Origin: Escherichia coli
GTDB lineage: Bacteria; Pseudomonadota; Gammaproteobacteria; Enterobacterales; Enterobacteriaceae
NCBI RefSeq assembly: GCF_003790525.1
Contig: NZ_CP033635.1
Strand: one strand, 5' to 3'
Length of the DNA stretch: 64,000 bases
Shown piece after piece: positions 25,334 through 37,938 of the stretch (the first letter of the stretch is position 1; every line of letters starts with the position of its first letter). The translations under genes were made by a program, and so were the position numbers. The notes under the pieces were generated by a model, which was not told where the DNA came from, searched no databases, and saw nothing but the letters and a program-made list of their open reading frames with translations.

Positions 25334-26370
25334 AGTGCTGCCGCGTTGTAATATTCGTCAGTGTCCGGGGTCATCAGCGCCTGCTCCAGACGCTGCTGTT
25401 GTTCGTTATCGCCCGCCAGCACGGCAGTTTGCTGCGGATTTAGCCCCAGTTTGCGGAACAGTTGCAGGTCTTTATCTTCTTCCGGATTCGGCGTGGTCAG
25501 CAGTTTGCAACCGTAGAAAATCGAGTTTGCGCCAGCCATAAAGCACATCGCCTGAGTCTGTTCGTTCATCTGCTCGCGTCCGGCAGAAAGGCGTACGTAA
25601 GAGGTCGGCATCATGATCCGCGCAACTGCAATGGTGCGAATAAAATCAAAGGCATCGACATCATCGTTATCAGCAAGCGGCGTGCCTTTCACCTTCACCA
25701 GCATGTTGATTGGTACGCTTTCCGGCGGCGTTGGCAGGTTTGCCAGTTGCAGCAATAATCCGGCGCGATCTTTTACTGTTTCGCCTAAGCCCACAATGCC
25801 GCCCGAGCAGACTTTGATCCCGGCGTCGCGCACTTTTTCCAGCGTATCGAGGCGTTCCTGATAGGTACGCGTGGTGATGATATTGCCGTAAAACTCCGGC
25901 GAGGTGTCGAGGTTGTGGTTGTAGTAATCCAGCCCGGCGTTCGCAAGGCGCTGCGCCTGAGATTCACTCAACGTACCCAGCGTCATACACGCCTCCAGCC
26001 CCATCGCTTTTACTCCCTGCACCATTTGTTCCAGGTAGGGCATATCGCGTTCGTGGGGATTCTTCCACGCCGCGCCCATGCAGAAGCGCGTCGATCCTGC
26101 CGCTTTCGCTTTGCGCGCCGACTCCAGCACCTGTTCAACTTCCATCAACCGCTCGGCTTCCAGCCCGGTTTTGTAGCGCGAGCTTTGCGGGCAGTATTTG
26201 CAATCTTCCGGACAAGCTCCGGTCTTAATCGACAGCAAAGTGCTGACCTGCACCTGACGTGGATCGAAATGCTGACGATGCACCTGCTGCGCTTCAAACA
26301 GCAGATCCAGCAACGGTTTTTCAAATAATTCTGTGACTTGCGACAATGTCCAGCGTGGGCGGTGAGCCAT
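25330..26370 (-). CDS. bioB: Biotin synthase BioB (radical SAM, 346 aa)
   Basis: ORF track 346 aa, [33 protein letters not shown]..., CPEDCKYC motif. Confidence 0.96.
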
Positions 26371-26410
26371 AGGGCTTCTCCAAAACGTGTTTTTTGTTGT
26401 TAATTCGGTG

Positions 26411-26450
26411 TAGACTCGTAAACCTAAATCTTTTCAATTTGGTTTACAAG
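26411..26450. promoter_or_regulatory. bio operator (BirA binding site), imperfect palindrome in the divergent bioA/bioBFCD promoter region
   Basis: tagactcgtaaacctaaatcttttcaatttggtttacaag with GTAAACC / GGTTTAC half-sites. Confidence 0.7.
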
Positions 26451-26456
26451 TCGATT

Positions 26457-27746
26457 ATGACAACGGACGATCTTGCCTTTGACCAACGCCATATCTGGCA
26501 CCCATACACATCCATGACCTCCCCGCTACCGGTTTATCCGGTGGCGAGCGCCGAGGGTTGCGAGCTAATTTTGTCTGACGGCAGACGCCTTGTTGACGGT
26601 ATGTCGTCCTGGTGGGCGGCGATCCACGGTTACAATCACCCGCAGCTTAATGCGGCGATGAAATCGCAAATTGATGCTATGTCGCATGTGATGTTTGGCG
26701 GTATCACCCATGCGCCCGCCATTGAGCTGTGCCGCAAATTGGTGGCAATGACGCCGCAACCGCTGGAGTGCGTTTTTCTCGCGGACTCCGGCTCCGTAGC
26801 GGTAGAAGTGGCGATGAAAATGGCGTTGCAGTACTGGCAGGCCAAAGGCGAAGCGCGCCAGCGTTTTCTGACCTTCCGCAATGGTTATCATGGCGATACC
26901 TTTGGCGCGATGTCGGTGTGCGATCCGGACAACTCAATGCACAGCCTGTGGAAAGGCTATCTGCCAGAAAACTTGTTTGCTCCCGCCCCGCAAAGCCGCC
27001 TGGATGGTGAATGGGATGAACGCGATATGGTGGGCTTTGCCCGCCTGATGGCGGCGCATCGTCATGAAATCGCCGCAGTGATCATTGAACCGATTGTCCA
27101 GGGCGCAGGCGGGATGCGCATCTACCATCCGGAATGGTTAAAACGAATCCGCAAAATGTGCGATCGCGAAGGTATCTTGCTGATTGCCGACGAGATCGCC
27201 ACCGGATTTGGTCGTACCGGCAAACTGTTTGCCTGTGAACATGCAGAAATCGCGCCGGATATTTTGTGTCTCGGTAAAGCCTTAACCGGCGGCACAATGA
27301 CCCTTTCCGCCACGCTCACCACGCGCGAGGTTGCGGAAACCATCAGTAACGGCGAAGCCGGCTGCTTTATGCATGGGCCAACTTTTATGGGCAATCCGCT
27401 GGCCTGCGCAGCAGCAAACGCCAGCCTGGCGATTCTCGAATCTGGCGACTGGCAGCATCAGGTGGCGGCTATTGAAGGGCAGCTACGCGAGCAACTTGCC
27501 CCCACCTGTGACGCCGAAATGGTTGCCGATGTGCGCGTACTGGGGGCAATCGGCGTGGTCGAAACCACTCGTCCGGTGAATATGGCAGCGCTGCAAAAAT
27601 TCTTTGTCGAACAGGGTGTCTGGATCCGGCCTTTTGGCAAACTGATTTACCTGATGCCGCCCTATATTATTCTCCCGCAACAGTTGCAGCGTCTGACCGC
27701 AGCGGTTAATCGTGCGGTGCAGGATGAAACATTTTTTTGCCAATAA
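26457..27746 (+). CDS. bioA: Adenosylmethionine-8-amino-7-oxononanoate aminotransferase BioA (429 aa)
   Basis: [29 protein letters not shown]...; start at the internal ATG of the 450-aa track ORF. Confidence 0.95.
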   Translation: MTTDDLAFDQRHIWHPYTSMTSPLPVYPVASAEGCELILSDGRRLVDGMSSWWAAIHGYNHPQLNAAMKSQIDAMSHVMFGGITHAPAIELCRKLVAMTPQPLECVFLADSGSVAVEVAMKMALQYWQAKGEARQRFLTFRNGYHGDTFGAMSVCDPDNSMHSLWKGYLPENLFAPAPQSRLDGEWDERDMVGFARLMAAHRHEIAAVIIEPIVQGAGGMRIYHPEWLKRIRKMCDREGILLIADEIATGFGRTGKLFACEHAEIAPDILCLGKALTGGTMTLSATLTTREVAETISNGEAGCFMHGPTFMGNPLACAAANASLAILESGDWQHQVAAIEGQLREQLAPTCDAEMVADVRVLGAIGVVETTRPVNMAALQKFFVEQGVWIRPFGKLIYLMPPYIILPQQLQRLTAAVNRAVQDETFFCQ

Positions 27747-27804
27747 CGGGAAGTTAGCGTGAGGGTTTCTGGCTACACTTTCTGCAAACAAGAAAGGAGG
27801 GCTC

Positions 27805-28281
27805 ATGAAACTCATCAGTAATGATTTACGCGATGGCGATAAGTTGCCACATCGTCATGTCTTTAACGGCATGGGTTACGATGGCGATAATATTTCACCG
27901 CATCTGGCGTGGGATGATGTTCCTGTGGGAACGAAAAGTTTTGTTGTCACCTGCTACGACCCGGATGCGCCAACCGGCTCCGGCTGGTGGCACTGGGTAG
28001 TTGTTAATTTACCCGCTGATACCCGTGTATTACCGCAAGGGTTTGGCTCTGGTCTGGTAGCAATGCCAGACGGCGTTTTGCAGACGCGTACCGACTTTGG
28101 TAAAACCGGGTACGATGGTGCAGCGCCGCCGAAAGGCGAAACCCATCGCTACATTTTTACCGTTCACGCGCTGGATGTAGAACGTATTGATGTCGATGAA
28201 GGTGCCAGCGGCGCGATGGTCGGGTTTAACGTTCATTTCCACTCTCTGGCGAGTGCCTCGATTACTGCGATGTTTAGTTAA
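27805..28281 (+). CDS. ybhB: PEBP/kinase-inhibitor-like protein YbhB (158 aa)
   Basis: ORF track 158 aa, MKLISNDLRDGDKLPHRHVFNGMGYDGDNISPHLAW... Confidence 0.92.
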   Translation: MKLISNDLRDGDKLPHRHVFNGMGYDGDNISPHLAWDDVPVGTKSFVVTCYDPDAPTGSGWWHWVVVNLPADTRVLPQGFGSGLVAMPDGVLQTRTDFGKTGYDGAAPPKGETHRYIFTVHALDVERIDVDEGASGAMVGFNVHFHSLASASITAMFS

Positions 28282-28432
28282 TCACTCTGCCAGATGGCGC
28301 AATGCCATCTGGTATCACTTAAAGGTATTAAAAACAACTTTTTGTCTTTTTACCTTCCCGTTTCGCTCAAGTTAGTATAAAAAAGCAGGCTTCAACGGAT
28401 TCATTTTTCTATTTCATAGCCCGGAGCAACCT

Positions 28433-29716
28433 GTGAACACATTTTCAGTTTCCCGTCTGGCGCTGGCATTGGCTTTTGGCGTGACGCTGACCGCCTGTAG
28501 CTCAACACCGCCCGATCAACGTCCTTCTGATCAAACCGCGCCAGGTACCTCTTCTCGCCCGATTCTGTCGGCAAAAGAAGCGCAGAATTTCGATGCTCAA
28601 CACTATTTTGCATCCCTGACACCAGGTGCTGCAGCGTGGAATCCTTCCCCGATTACCCTGCCTGCACAACCTGACTTTGTTGTCGGCCCGGCGGGTACTC
28701 AAGGTGTAACGCATACCACGATTCAGGCGGCGGTAGATGCGGCAATTATCAAGCGTACCAACAAGCGCCAGTATATTGCCGTGATGCCTGGTGAGTATCA
28801 GGGAACGGTGTATGTCCCTGCCGCTCCGGGTGGAATTACTCTGTACGGTACAGGTGAAAAACCGATTGATGTGAAGATTGGGCTTTCCCTTGATGGTGGC
28901 ATGAGCCCTGCCGACTGGCGTCACGACGTCAACCCGCGCGGCAAATATATGCCAGGTAAACCGGCGTGGTATATGTACGATAGCTGCCAGAGTAAACGCA
29001 GCGACAGTATCGGTGTTCTCTGCTCTGCGGTCTTCTGGTCACAAAACAATGGCCTGCAACTGCAAAACCTGACCATCGAAAACACGCTGGGCGATAGCGT
29101 AGATGCGGGTAACCATCCGGCGGTGGCACTGCGTACTGATGGCGACAAAGTGCAGATCAATAACGTCAACATTCTCGGTCGTCAGAACACCTTCTTTGTC
29201 ACCAACAGCGGTGTGCAGAACCGTCTGGAAACCAACCGTCAGCCGCGTACGCTGGTGACCAACAGCTATATTGAAGGGGATGTGGATATCGTTTCTGGTC
29301 GCGGCGCAGTGGTGTTCGATAACACCGAATTCCGCGTGGTGAACTCCCGTACCCAGCAAGAAGCGTATGTGTTTGCACCGGCTACGCTGTCCAACATTTA
29401 CTACGGTTTCCTCGCCGTAAACAGCCGTTTCAATGCTTCCGGTGATGGCGTGGCGCAACTGGGCCGCTCGCTGGATGTTGATGCCAATACCAACGGTCAG
29501 GTAGTGATCCGTGATAGCGCCATCAACGAAGGTTTTAACACGGCGAAACCGTGGGCCGATGCGGTGATTTCCAATCGTCCGTTTGCGGGTAATACTGGCA
29601 ACGTTGATGATAACGACGAAGTACAGCGCAATCTGAATGACACTAACTACAACCGCATGTGGGAATACAATAACCGCGGCGTGGGTAGCAAAGTGGTTGC
29701 AGAGGCGAAGAAGTAA
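28433..29716 (+). CDS. ybhC: Pectinesterase-family outer-membrane lipoprotein YbhC (427 aa)
   Basis: ORF track 427 aa; lipoprotein signal ...LTACSS. Confidence 0.92.
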   Translation: MNTFSVSRLALALAFGVTLTACSSTPPDQRPSDQTAPGTSSRPILSAKEAQNFDAQHYFASLTPGAAAWNPSPITLPAQPDFVVGPAGTQGVTHTTIQAAVDAAIIKRTNKRQYIAVMPGEYQGTVYVPAAPGGITLYGTGEKPIDVKIGLSLDGGMSPADWRHDVNPRGKYMPGKPAWYMYDSCQSKRSDSIGVLCSAVFWSQNNGLQLQNLTIENTLGDSVDAGNHPAVALRTDGDKVQINNVNILGRQNTFFVTNSGVQNRLETNRQPRTLVTNSYIEGDVDIVSGRGAVVFDNTEFRVVNSRTQQEAYVFAPATLSNIYYGFLAVNSRFNASGDGVAQLGRSLDVDANTNGQVVIRDSAINEGFNTAKPWADAVISNRPFAGNTGNVDDNDEVQRNLNDTNYNRMWEYNNRGVGSKVVAEAKK

Positions 29717-29760
29717 AAAAAGAAAACCCGATAGTCTGAACCATCGGGTTAATGAAACTG

Positions 29761-29788
29761 GGCGCTATATTTCATAGCGCCTTTTTTT
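29761..29788 (+). terminator. Rho-independent terminator after ybhC (stem GGCGCTAT/ATAGCGCC followed by a T7 tract)
   Basis: ggcgctatatttcatagcgcctttttttac. Confidence 0.6.
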
Positions 29789-32048
29789 ACATCTGACGGT
29801 TTTTATTGAAGTTAATCAAACTACCCGCCTTGATAATCTCGCGCTCTTCGGCCGTCAGGCTTTCCATGTAAAGCGTAATTTCCGTTACCGGCGCATCTTC
29901 ATGGATCACATAACCTTTAAACGTCGTACCCGGATTATCCAGTGCCGCTTTAATGCCAGGGATGTAAATGTAATCCCCCACTTCAAAGGTTGGCGCTTCC
30001 GCCATCTGCAGCGGTAACATCCCCCAGTTGATGACGTTAGAACGATAGCGTTTAGTCGCGTACTCCTCGGCAATATTCGCCAGACCGCCAATCACACGCT
30101 GACAACTCGCCGCCTGTTCACGCGCAGAACCATCGCCTGGTTTCACCGCATAGACCATACTGCCAATTTCAGTTTGCAGCGGATCAATATGCTCCTGACC
30201 AGCAATCTGCTTAATGCGCGCAAACACCTCTGTCAGCTCGCTGACATTTCCCGCCAGACGCTGATTTTCCAGCTCGGCAGTCGCTTTACTTCTGCCAACA
30301 TAACCTGGATCGCGGCGTGACAGAGTAAACTCCGCCAGACCAATCGGATTTGAACGATATGAAGAGGTTTCACCGGAAGGAATCAGTTCGTCGGTGGTGG
30401 TCACTTCGTCGAGGATCTTCGAGCACACTTTGAGGACGATATTGTCAGTCAGCGCACCCAATTCTGGCCAGTCTTTAATGTTCGGTCCGTAAATCAGCGG
30501 TTGCTGGGTCGCCCCTTTCACAAAGCCCTGATAAACACGGTTTTTATACGGCGTTACATCGAAGGCGTACTCCGGCACGTTGTCCCAGCAATCCAGCTCG
30601 CTGGCAGAGGTTAAATAGCCACCGTTTGCCGCAGTCGCAGCGATAGAACGAGCGTCCATCAACGCCACCGCTGACATCTGCCCATTAGCTGGCTTAGAGC
30701 CTTCGCGGTTCGGGAAGTTACGCGTGGTGTGGCGAATACTCAAACCGTTATTGATTGGTGTATCGCCCGCGCCAAAGCATGGGCCGCAGAACGCGGTTCT
30801 GATGATTGCGCCTGCGCCAATCAAATCTGCTACCACACCTTTTTTGGCGAGATCCATAAACACGGGCTGTGATGACGGGTAAACCGCTAACGAGAAGGTG
30901 TCATTGCCACAGGATTGACCGCGCAGTGCATTCGCCGCCGCGATGACGTTTTCGTAGTTACCGCCAGAACAGCCCGCGATAATCCCCTGCTGCACTTTCA
31001 GGCGACCGTTTTCGACTTTATCCAGCAGCGAGAGTTTGGCTTTACCGTGCGCCACGCGCTCGGACTCAATTTCAATCTCACGCAGAATGTCGGTCAGGTT
31101 CTGGTTCAGCGTGTCGATTTCATACACGTTGCTCGGGTGAAACGGCAGCGCAATCATTGGTTTGATGGCGCTTAAATCAACGCTGATGCAGCCATCGTAG
31201 TACGCCATCGGTTGAGGGTTAAGCTGGCAGTAATCCTGGCCGCGACCGTGCAGCGCCAGCCAGTTATGGACTTCTTCATCGGTTTGCCAGACAGAACTTA
31301 AACAGGTCGTTTCAGTGGTCATCACGTCAACGCTGTTACGGAAATCGGTAGAGAGCGCAGCAACACCGGGACCTACGAATTCCATCACTTTGTTTTTGAC
31401 GTAGCCGTTTTTGAACACGGCACCGATGATAGCCAGCGCAACATCCTGTGGCCCCACATACGGCGCAGGTTTTCCGGTCAAATGCACCGCAACAACTCCC
31501 GGATAGTCGATATCCCAGGTGTCATTAAGCAGCTGTTTTACCAACTCACCGCCACCCTCACCGACTGCCATTGTCCCTAATGCACCGTAACGGGTATGGC
31601 TGTCTGACCCGAGAATCATTTTGCCGCCGCCCGCCATCATTTCACGCATATATTGATGGATGACCGCAATATGCGGTGGCACAAAAATACCGCCATAACG
31701 TTGCGCTGCCGATAAGCCAAAAATATGGTCATCGCCATTAATAGTACCGCCGACGGCGCAGAGTGAGTTATGGCAGTTGGTCAGCACATACGGCAGCGGG
31801 AAACGTTCCATACCGGACGCTTTAGCGGTCTGTACAATACCAACAAAGGTAATATCGTGAGAGGCTAATGAATCAAACTTAATTTTAAGTTTATCCATAT
31901 TACCAGACGTATTATGAGAAGAGAGAATAGACCAGGCAATAGTGCCTTTTTTGGCTTCTTCTTTTTTAATTTCACCGGTGAAATGTTCTTCGGCAATTAT
32001 TTCGTTATTACTGGCGAGAAACACGCCTTTTTCAGATAACTTGATCAT
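29787..32048 (-). CDS. ybhJ: Aconitase-family protein YbhJ (753 aa)
   Basis: [25 protein letters not shown]...; start at the internal ATG of the 761-aa track ORF. Confidence 0.9.
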   Translation of the reverse strand: MIKLSEKGVFLASNNEIIAEEHFTGEIKKEEAKKGTIAWSILSSHNTSGNMDKLKIKFDSLASHDITFVGIVQTAKASGMERFPLPYVLTNCHNSLCAVGGTINGDDHIFGLSAAQRYGGIFVPPHIAVIHQYMREMMAGGGKMILGSDSHTRYGALGTMAVGEGGGELVKQLLNDTWDIDYPGVVAVHLTGKPAPYVGPQDVALAIIGAVFKNGYVKNKVMEFVGPGVAALSTDFRNSVDVMTTETTCLSSVWQTDEEVHNWLALHGRGQDYCQLNPQPMAYYDGCISVDLSAIKPMIALPFHPSNVYEIDTLNQNLTDILREIEIESERVAHGKAKLSLLDKVENGRLKVQQGIIAGCSGGNYENVIAAANALRGQSCGNDTFSLAVYPSSQPVFMDLAKKGVVADLIGAGAIIRTAFCGPCFGAGDTPINNGLSIRHTTRNFPNREGSKPANGQMSAVALMDARSIAATAANGGYLTSASELDCWDNVPEYAFDVTPYKNRVYQGFVKGATQQPLIYGPNIKDWPELGALTDNIVLKVCSKILDEVTTTDELIPSGETSSYRSNPIGLAEFTLSRRDPGYVGRSKATAELENQRLAGNVSELTEVFARIKQIAGQEHIDPLQTEIGSMVYAVKPGDGSAREQAASCQRVIGGLANIAEEYATKRYRSNVINWGMLPLQMAEAPTFEVGDYIYIPGIKAALDNPGTTFKGYVIHEDAPVTEITLYMESLTAEEREIIKAGSLINFNKNRQM

Positions 32049-32230
32049 CAAATGCTCCAGATATCTGCGCACCGTGAAGTGCGCAGAAAGATAATAAATG
32101 GATATACTCTAAATAATTCGAGTTGCAGGAAGGCGACAAGCGAGTGAATCCCCAGGAGCTTACATAAGTAAGTGACTGGGGTGAGCGAACGCAGACGCAG
32201 CACATGCAACTTGAAGTATGACGAGTATAT

Positions 32231-33664
32231 TTACAGCATGTTCCAGCCGATCAGCATATTCCACCACCACACGCCGAGGGTGATATGCACCAGGAAGGTT
32301 AATATCGTCAGTACCGCACCGACCAACCACCAGGATTTAATATCGTTGTAACCCACGCCAAAGATGACCGGACCTGCCGCGCCGCCATAGTGAGTAACCA
32401 TGCCGCCATAGGAGTTAGAGAACAACAGTGCCAGCGCGGTTAACATTAACGGCGCGCCGGAGACGTTCGCCAGCATGGCAAATACCGGTAACATGGCAAC
32501 GATATAGGCACTACCGGAAGCGAAGAAATAACGCACGATGATGCTGAGGAAAATAATAACGAAGAAAGCAACGTTACCGTGACCATCAAATGCCAGGTTA
32601 TTTTTAAAGACTTCAGCTAACCATTCGAAGAATTTAACTTTCGATAATAAGGAGCTTAAGCCGATAATACCGCCGTACCAGATTAAGGTATTCCAGCCGC
32701 CTTTATTTTTAACCACGTCTTCCCAGGTAACGATACCCAGCAGCAGCATAGTCGCCATAACAACGATTGCCACGGTGGATTCATCAACCCCCAGTGACTT
32801 ACTGAAAATCCAGCCCAGCAGCGCCAGCACGAAGACACCGAGCAGCATTTTTTCGCGGATTTTCATCGGTCCCAGTTCGGCAAGGCCCGCTTTGGCGATG
32901 GTTTTGTTATCCACCTTCTTAATTTCTGGCGGATACATGGTGTAAATCACCAGCGGGGTGACCAGCAGCATAATGATGCCAGGCAATCCGGCGGCTAGCG
33001 CCCATCCACCCCAGCTAATTTGCAGGTGCAGAATGTCGTTGATCATTTTCAGCGCCAGAATGTTCCCCGCCATTGCGGTAAAGAACATATAGCTGGTGGT
33101 TTTGGTGACCATGTAAATGGACATCATCAGGTAATGTCCAACACGACGCGGACTTTTTTCCGGTTCTGATCCCAAAGCCACTGCCACGCTGTTGATGATC
33201 GGTAACACGATGCCGCCCGCACGCGCGGTGTTAGACGGTGTTGCCGGAGCCAGTACCAGATCGAGAAATACCGTAACGTAACCCAGACCCAGGGTAGTGC
33301 TACCAATTTTACCAATCAGCAGATAGGCAATACGTTTACCTAAGCCTGTGGTTACAAACGCGGCGCTTAAAGTAAACGCAGAAAACACCAGCCAGGTGGT
33401 ACCGGAAGAGTAACCGCTTAATACAGCGGTGGTTTTAAATTCCCCACCTGATAAGTTACCCACCACTACCATCGATGCGGCGACGGCAATTAACAGTACG
33501 ACAGGTTCCGGGAAAGGCTTGATAACCAGCCCCACAATGGCCGCCAGGTAAATACCAAAAAGCACCCACGCCAGTTCGCTTAATCCTGCTGGAGCTGGCA
33601 TAAAGCCAATAATACATGGGATTGCTAATATCAGAATTAGCTTCCATAACGATTTCTTATTCAT
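32231..33664 (-). CDS. ybhI: DASS-family anion transporter YbhI (477 aa)
   Basis: ORF track 477 aa, multi-TM, MNKKSLWKLILILAIPCIIGF... Confidence 0.92.
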   Translation of the reverse strand: MNKKSLWKLILILAIPCIIGFMPAPAGLSELAWVLFGIYLAAIVGLVIKPFPEPVVLLIAVAASMVVVGNLSGGEFKTTAVLSGYSSGTTWLVFSAFTLSAAFVTTGLGKRIAYLLIGKIGSTTLGLGYVTVFLDLVLAPATPSNTARAGGIVLPIINSVAVALGSEPEKSPRRVGHYLMMSIYMVTKTTSYMFFTAMAGNILALKMINDILHLQISWGGWALAAGLPGIIMLLVTPLVIYTMYPPEIKKVDNKTIAKAGLAELGPMKIREKMLLGVFVLALLGWIFSKSLGVDESTVAIVVMATMLLLGIVTWEDVVKNKGGWNTLIWYGGIIGLSSLLSKVKFFEWLAEVFKNNLAFDGHGNVAFFVIIFLSIIVRYFFASGSAYIVAMLPVFAMLANVSGAPLMLTALALLFSNSYGGMVTHYGGAAGPVIFGVGYNDIKSWWLVGAVLTILTFLVHITLGVWWWNMLIGWNML

Positions 33665-33739
33665 TTAATATCCTGTTCTTTCTGTATGACTCATACAGAA
33701 TTCCTTTATTGATTGTCATTATCACGACAACAAAATTTT

Positions 33740-34792
33740 TCAGGGAAGATAAACTTCACCGGAAAATATTTTTCTGGTCGTCCGAATAACAGATGCGCGT
33801 AACGTCGTGGCATCCTGACCTTCATTACTTAAATGAACGTCGAGCGCACCACTGGGGTGTTCAATATTGATATTGCCGTATCCTACAGAAGGGACGATTT
33901 GTCGGGTGACGGTGCCTTCCAATGCACAACTACTGGAAATAGCAATAGCACCGGTTATCGCCAAAGCGCGATGGCAAGAATGCGGCATAAAATAACGCAC
34001 ATTAATTGCCCCGCCTTTCTGCGCTGGAGAAATAAGTACAGGTTTAGGGATAACCATATTACTGACATCGCCTAAGCCCATTGCTTTACCCGCTTGTAGA
34101 CGGATAGATTCAATGCGGGCTAATAATGCTTTGTCGGCATCCAGCTCTGCCGGTAATTCATAGCCTGTTTTTCCCAGATATTCAGCAGGAATAATGACAA
34201 TTGGCATCGCCATATCGATACAGGTCACCGGGACATCGTCAAAATAATCAATCTGATTATCTGTCGGGAAGACTTTTCCGGTTTTCGTTCCGGCGGCATT
34301 CAGGAAAGTGAGCGCAACCGGTGCGGCAGTACCCGGTACGCCGTCAATTCTGGCGCTACCCTCGTACTCGACAACACCATTTGGCGTTTGCACATCAGCT
34401 TCGATGAACGTACCCGTATTGACGTTGCGGATACGTACGCGGGTAACTGGCGAAGTCGCTGCAATCAAACCATTTTCAATGGCGAATGCCCCAACGCCAG
34501 ACAGCATATTGCCGCAGTTAGGCGTGGTATCGACACGTTGCTCATGGACGATAACTTGAGCAAACAGATAATCGACATCTGCATGCGGATCGCTGGAGCG
34601 GCTAATAATGGCGACTTTACTGGTCAGCGGATTACCGCCGCCAATACCGTCAATTTCCAGATCGTTACCGGAACCCATAATTGCCATCAATATTTTATCG
34701 CGCTGCGTTTGATCTTCGGGTAGATGTTCCGCTAACAGGAACGCGCCCCTCGAGGTTCCACCTCGCATCATCACGCAGGGTATTTTTTTCAT
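33740..34792 (-). CDS. ybhH: PrpF/AcnD-accessory-like isomerase YbhH (350 aa)
   Basis: ORF track 350 aa, MKKIPCVMMRGGTSRGAFLLAEHLPED... Confidence 0.92.
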   Translation of the reverse strand: MKKIPCVMMRGGTSRGAFLLAEHLPEDQTQRDKILMAIMGSGNDLEIDGIGGGNPLTSKVAIISRSSDPHADVDYLFAQVIVHEQRVDTTPNCGNMLSGVGAFAIENGLIAATSPVTRVRIRNVNTGTFIEADVQTPNGVVEYEGSARIDGVPGTAAPVALTFLNAAGTKTGKVFPTDNQIDYFDDVPVTCIDMAMPIVIIPAEYLGKTGYELPAELDADKALLARIESIRLQAGKAMGLGDVSNMVIPKPVLISPAQKGGAINVRYFMPHSCHRALAITGAIAISSSCALEGTVTRQIVPSVGYGNINIEHPSGALDVHLSNEGQDATTLRASVIRTTRKIFSGEVYLP

Positions 34793-34975
34793 AATAATGC
34801 CCTCAATTTAAAAACATAACTTATTGCGATATGGTTACATTAAGGGCAAAGCATCTCTAATGACTTTAGCTCAACGATTAATAACATTTTTTCATTAATT
34901 TAAGTTGGTTAAATGCAGTTAAAATTTTTAACGGTCAGCCACCCAAAATCGACGCTTCCATTTTCCGGAGTAATA

Positions 34976-35929
34976 ATGAAGCATGAATTATCAAGTATGA
35001 AGGCATTTGTCATACTGGCAGAGTCCAGTTCATTTAACAATGCCGCTAAATTACTCAATATTACGCAACCTGCATTAACGCGAAGAATAAAAAAGATGGA
35101 GGAAGATTTACATATCCAACTATTTGAGCGTACAACTCGCAAGGTTACGTTAACAAAAGCAGGAAAAAGATTGCTCCCGGAGGCGCGGGAATTAATAAAG
35201 AAATTCGATGAAACGATTTTTAATATTCGTGATATGAATGCTTATCATCGTGGTATGGTGACATTAGCGTGTATTCCGACCGCAGTATTTTATTTTTTAC
35301 CGCTGGCAATCGGTAAATTTAATGAGCTGTATCCCAATATTAAAGTGCGGATTCTGGAACAAGGCACGAATAATTGCATGGAATCGGTGCTGTGTAACGA
35401 ATCAGACTTTGGCATAAACATGAACAACGTCACAAATTCATCCATCGATTTTACCCCACTGGTCAACGAGCCGTTCGTGCTGGCCTGTCGGCGTGACCAT
35501 CCATTGGCCAAAAAGCAGCTTGTAGAATGGCAGGAGTTAGTGGGTTACAAAATGATTGGCGTACGCTCCTCCAGCGGCAACCGACTGTTGATAGAACAAC
35601 AGCTAGCCGACAAGCCCTGGAAGCTGGACTGGTTTTACGAAGTGCGTCATCTTTCGACGTCATTAGGACTGGTGGAGGCAGGACTGGGGATTTCGGCGCT
35701 TCCAGGCCTGGCAATGCCCCATGCGCCCTATTCTTCGATTATTGGTATCCCACTGGTGGAACCCGTTATACGTCGGACATTGGGGATTATTCGCCGCAAA
35801 GATGCCGTGCTTTCTCCGGCAGCTGAACGCTTTTTTGCCTTGCTGATTAATTTGTGGACTGACGATAAAGACAATTTGTGGACCAATATCGTCGAACGCC
35901 AGAGACATGCGTTACAGGAGATAGGTTAA
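34976..35929 (+). CDS. ybhD: LysR-family transcriptional regulator YbhD (317 aa)
   Basis: MKHELSSMKAFVILAESSSFNNAAKLLNITQPALTRRIKKMEEDL... (HTH); divergent from ybhH; start at the internal ATG of the track ORF. Confidence 0.9.
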   Translation: MKHELSSMKAFVILAESSSFNNAAKLLNITQPALTRRIKKMEEDLHIQLFERTTRKVTLTKAGKRLLPEARELIKKFDETIFNIRDMNAYHRGMVTLACIPTAVFYFLPLAIGKFNELYPNIKVRILEQGTNNCMESVLCNESDFGINMNNVTNSSIDFTPLVNEPFVLACRRDHPLAKKQLVEWQELVGYKMIGVRSSSGNRLLIEQQLADKPWKLDWFYEVRHLSTSLGLVEAGLGISALPGLAMPHAPYSSIIGIPLVEPVIRRTLGIIRRKDAVLSPAAERFFALLINLWTDDKDNLWTNIVERQRHALQEIG

Positions 35930-35969
35930 TACACCGGCGCAGGAGAGACTGCGCCGGGTAAATCAGCGG

Positions 35970-37001
<1,032 letters not shown>

Positions 37002-37119
37002 CTAAAATTAGTCGCTTTTGGCGGTGAATGCTGAATTAAAACGCAGAATTTTGTCCGATAGTGGTATCGGTGTACCATTCGCGCAGACGAAAATTCTTAA
37101 CCTTAATCTGGAATACGCC

Positions 37120-37938
37120 ATGACCACACGCGTGATTGCTCTCGACTTAGACGGCACCTTATTGACCCCGAAAAAGACCCTGCTTCCTTCATCGATAGAA
37201 GCCCTGGCCCGTGCTCGCGAAGCAGGCTATCGATTAATCATCGTCACAGGTCGCCATCACGTCGCTATTCATCCTTTTTATCAGGCGCTGGCGCTGGATA
37301 CACCTGCTATTTGCTGTAATGGCACCTATTTGTATGATTATCATGCAAAAACCGTGCTGGAAGCGGACCCAATGCCCGTTAATAAAGCCCTGCAACTCAT
37401 TGAGATGCTGAATGAACACCACATTCACGGTCTGATGTATGTCGATGATGCAATGGTCTATGAGCACCCGACCGGGCATGTCATTCGCACGTCTAACTGG
37501 GCGCAAACCCTGCCGCCGGAACAGCGTCCGACTTTCACACAAGTCGCTTCTCTGGCTGAAACGGCGCAACAAGTTAACGCCGTATGGAAGTTCGCCCTGA
37601 CGCACGACGACCTGCCGCAATTGCAGCATTTTGGTAAGCATGTCGAACATGAACTGGGACTGGAGTGTGAATGGTCCTGGCACGATCAGGTTGATATTGC
37701 ACGCGGCGGCAACAGCAAAGGTAAACGTTTGACGAAATGGGTTGAGGCGCAAGGCTGGTCGATGGAAAACGTCGTGGCGTTCGGCGATAACTTCAATGAT
37801 ATTAGTATGCTGGAAGCCGCTGGTACAGGCGTGGCGATGGGCAACGCCGATGACGCAGTAAAAGCGCGCGCCAACATTGTGATTGGTGAGAACACCACCG
37901 ACAGCATTGCCCAGTTCATTTATAGCCACCTGATTTAA
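37120..37938 (+). CDS. ybhA: HAD-family phosphatase YbhA (pyridoxal phosphate phosphatase, 272 aa)
   Basis: MTTRVIALDLDGTLLTPKK... (DxDGT motif); start at the internal ATG of the track ORF. Confidence 0.93.
   Translation: MTTRVIALDLDGTLLTPKKTLLPSSIEALARAREAGYRLIIVTGRHHVAIHPFYQALALDTPAICCNGTYLYDYHAKTVLEADPMPVNKALQLIEMLNEHHIHGLMYVDDAMVYEHPTGHVIRTSNWAQTLPPEQRPTFTQVASLAETAQQVNAVWKFALTHDDLPQLQHFGKHVEHELGLECEWSWHDQVDIARGGNSKGKRLTKWVEAQGWSMENVVAFGDNFNDISMLEAAGTGVAMGNADDAVKARANIVIGENTTDSIAQFIYSHLI

Noticed and set aside
37234-37929. 231-aa minus-strand ORF
   Set aside because: Antisense to ybhA; artefact.
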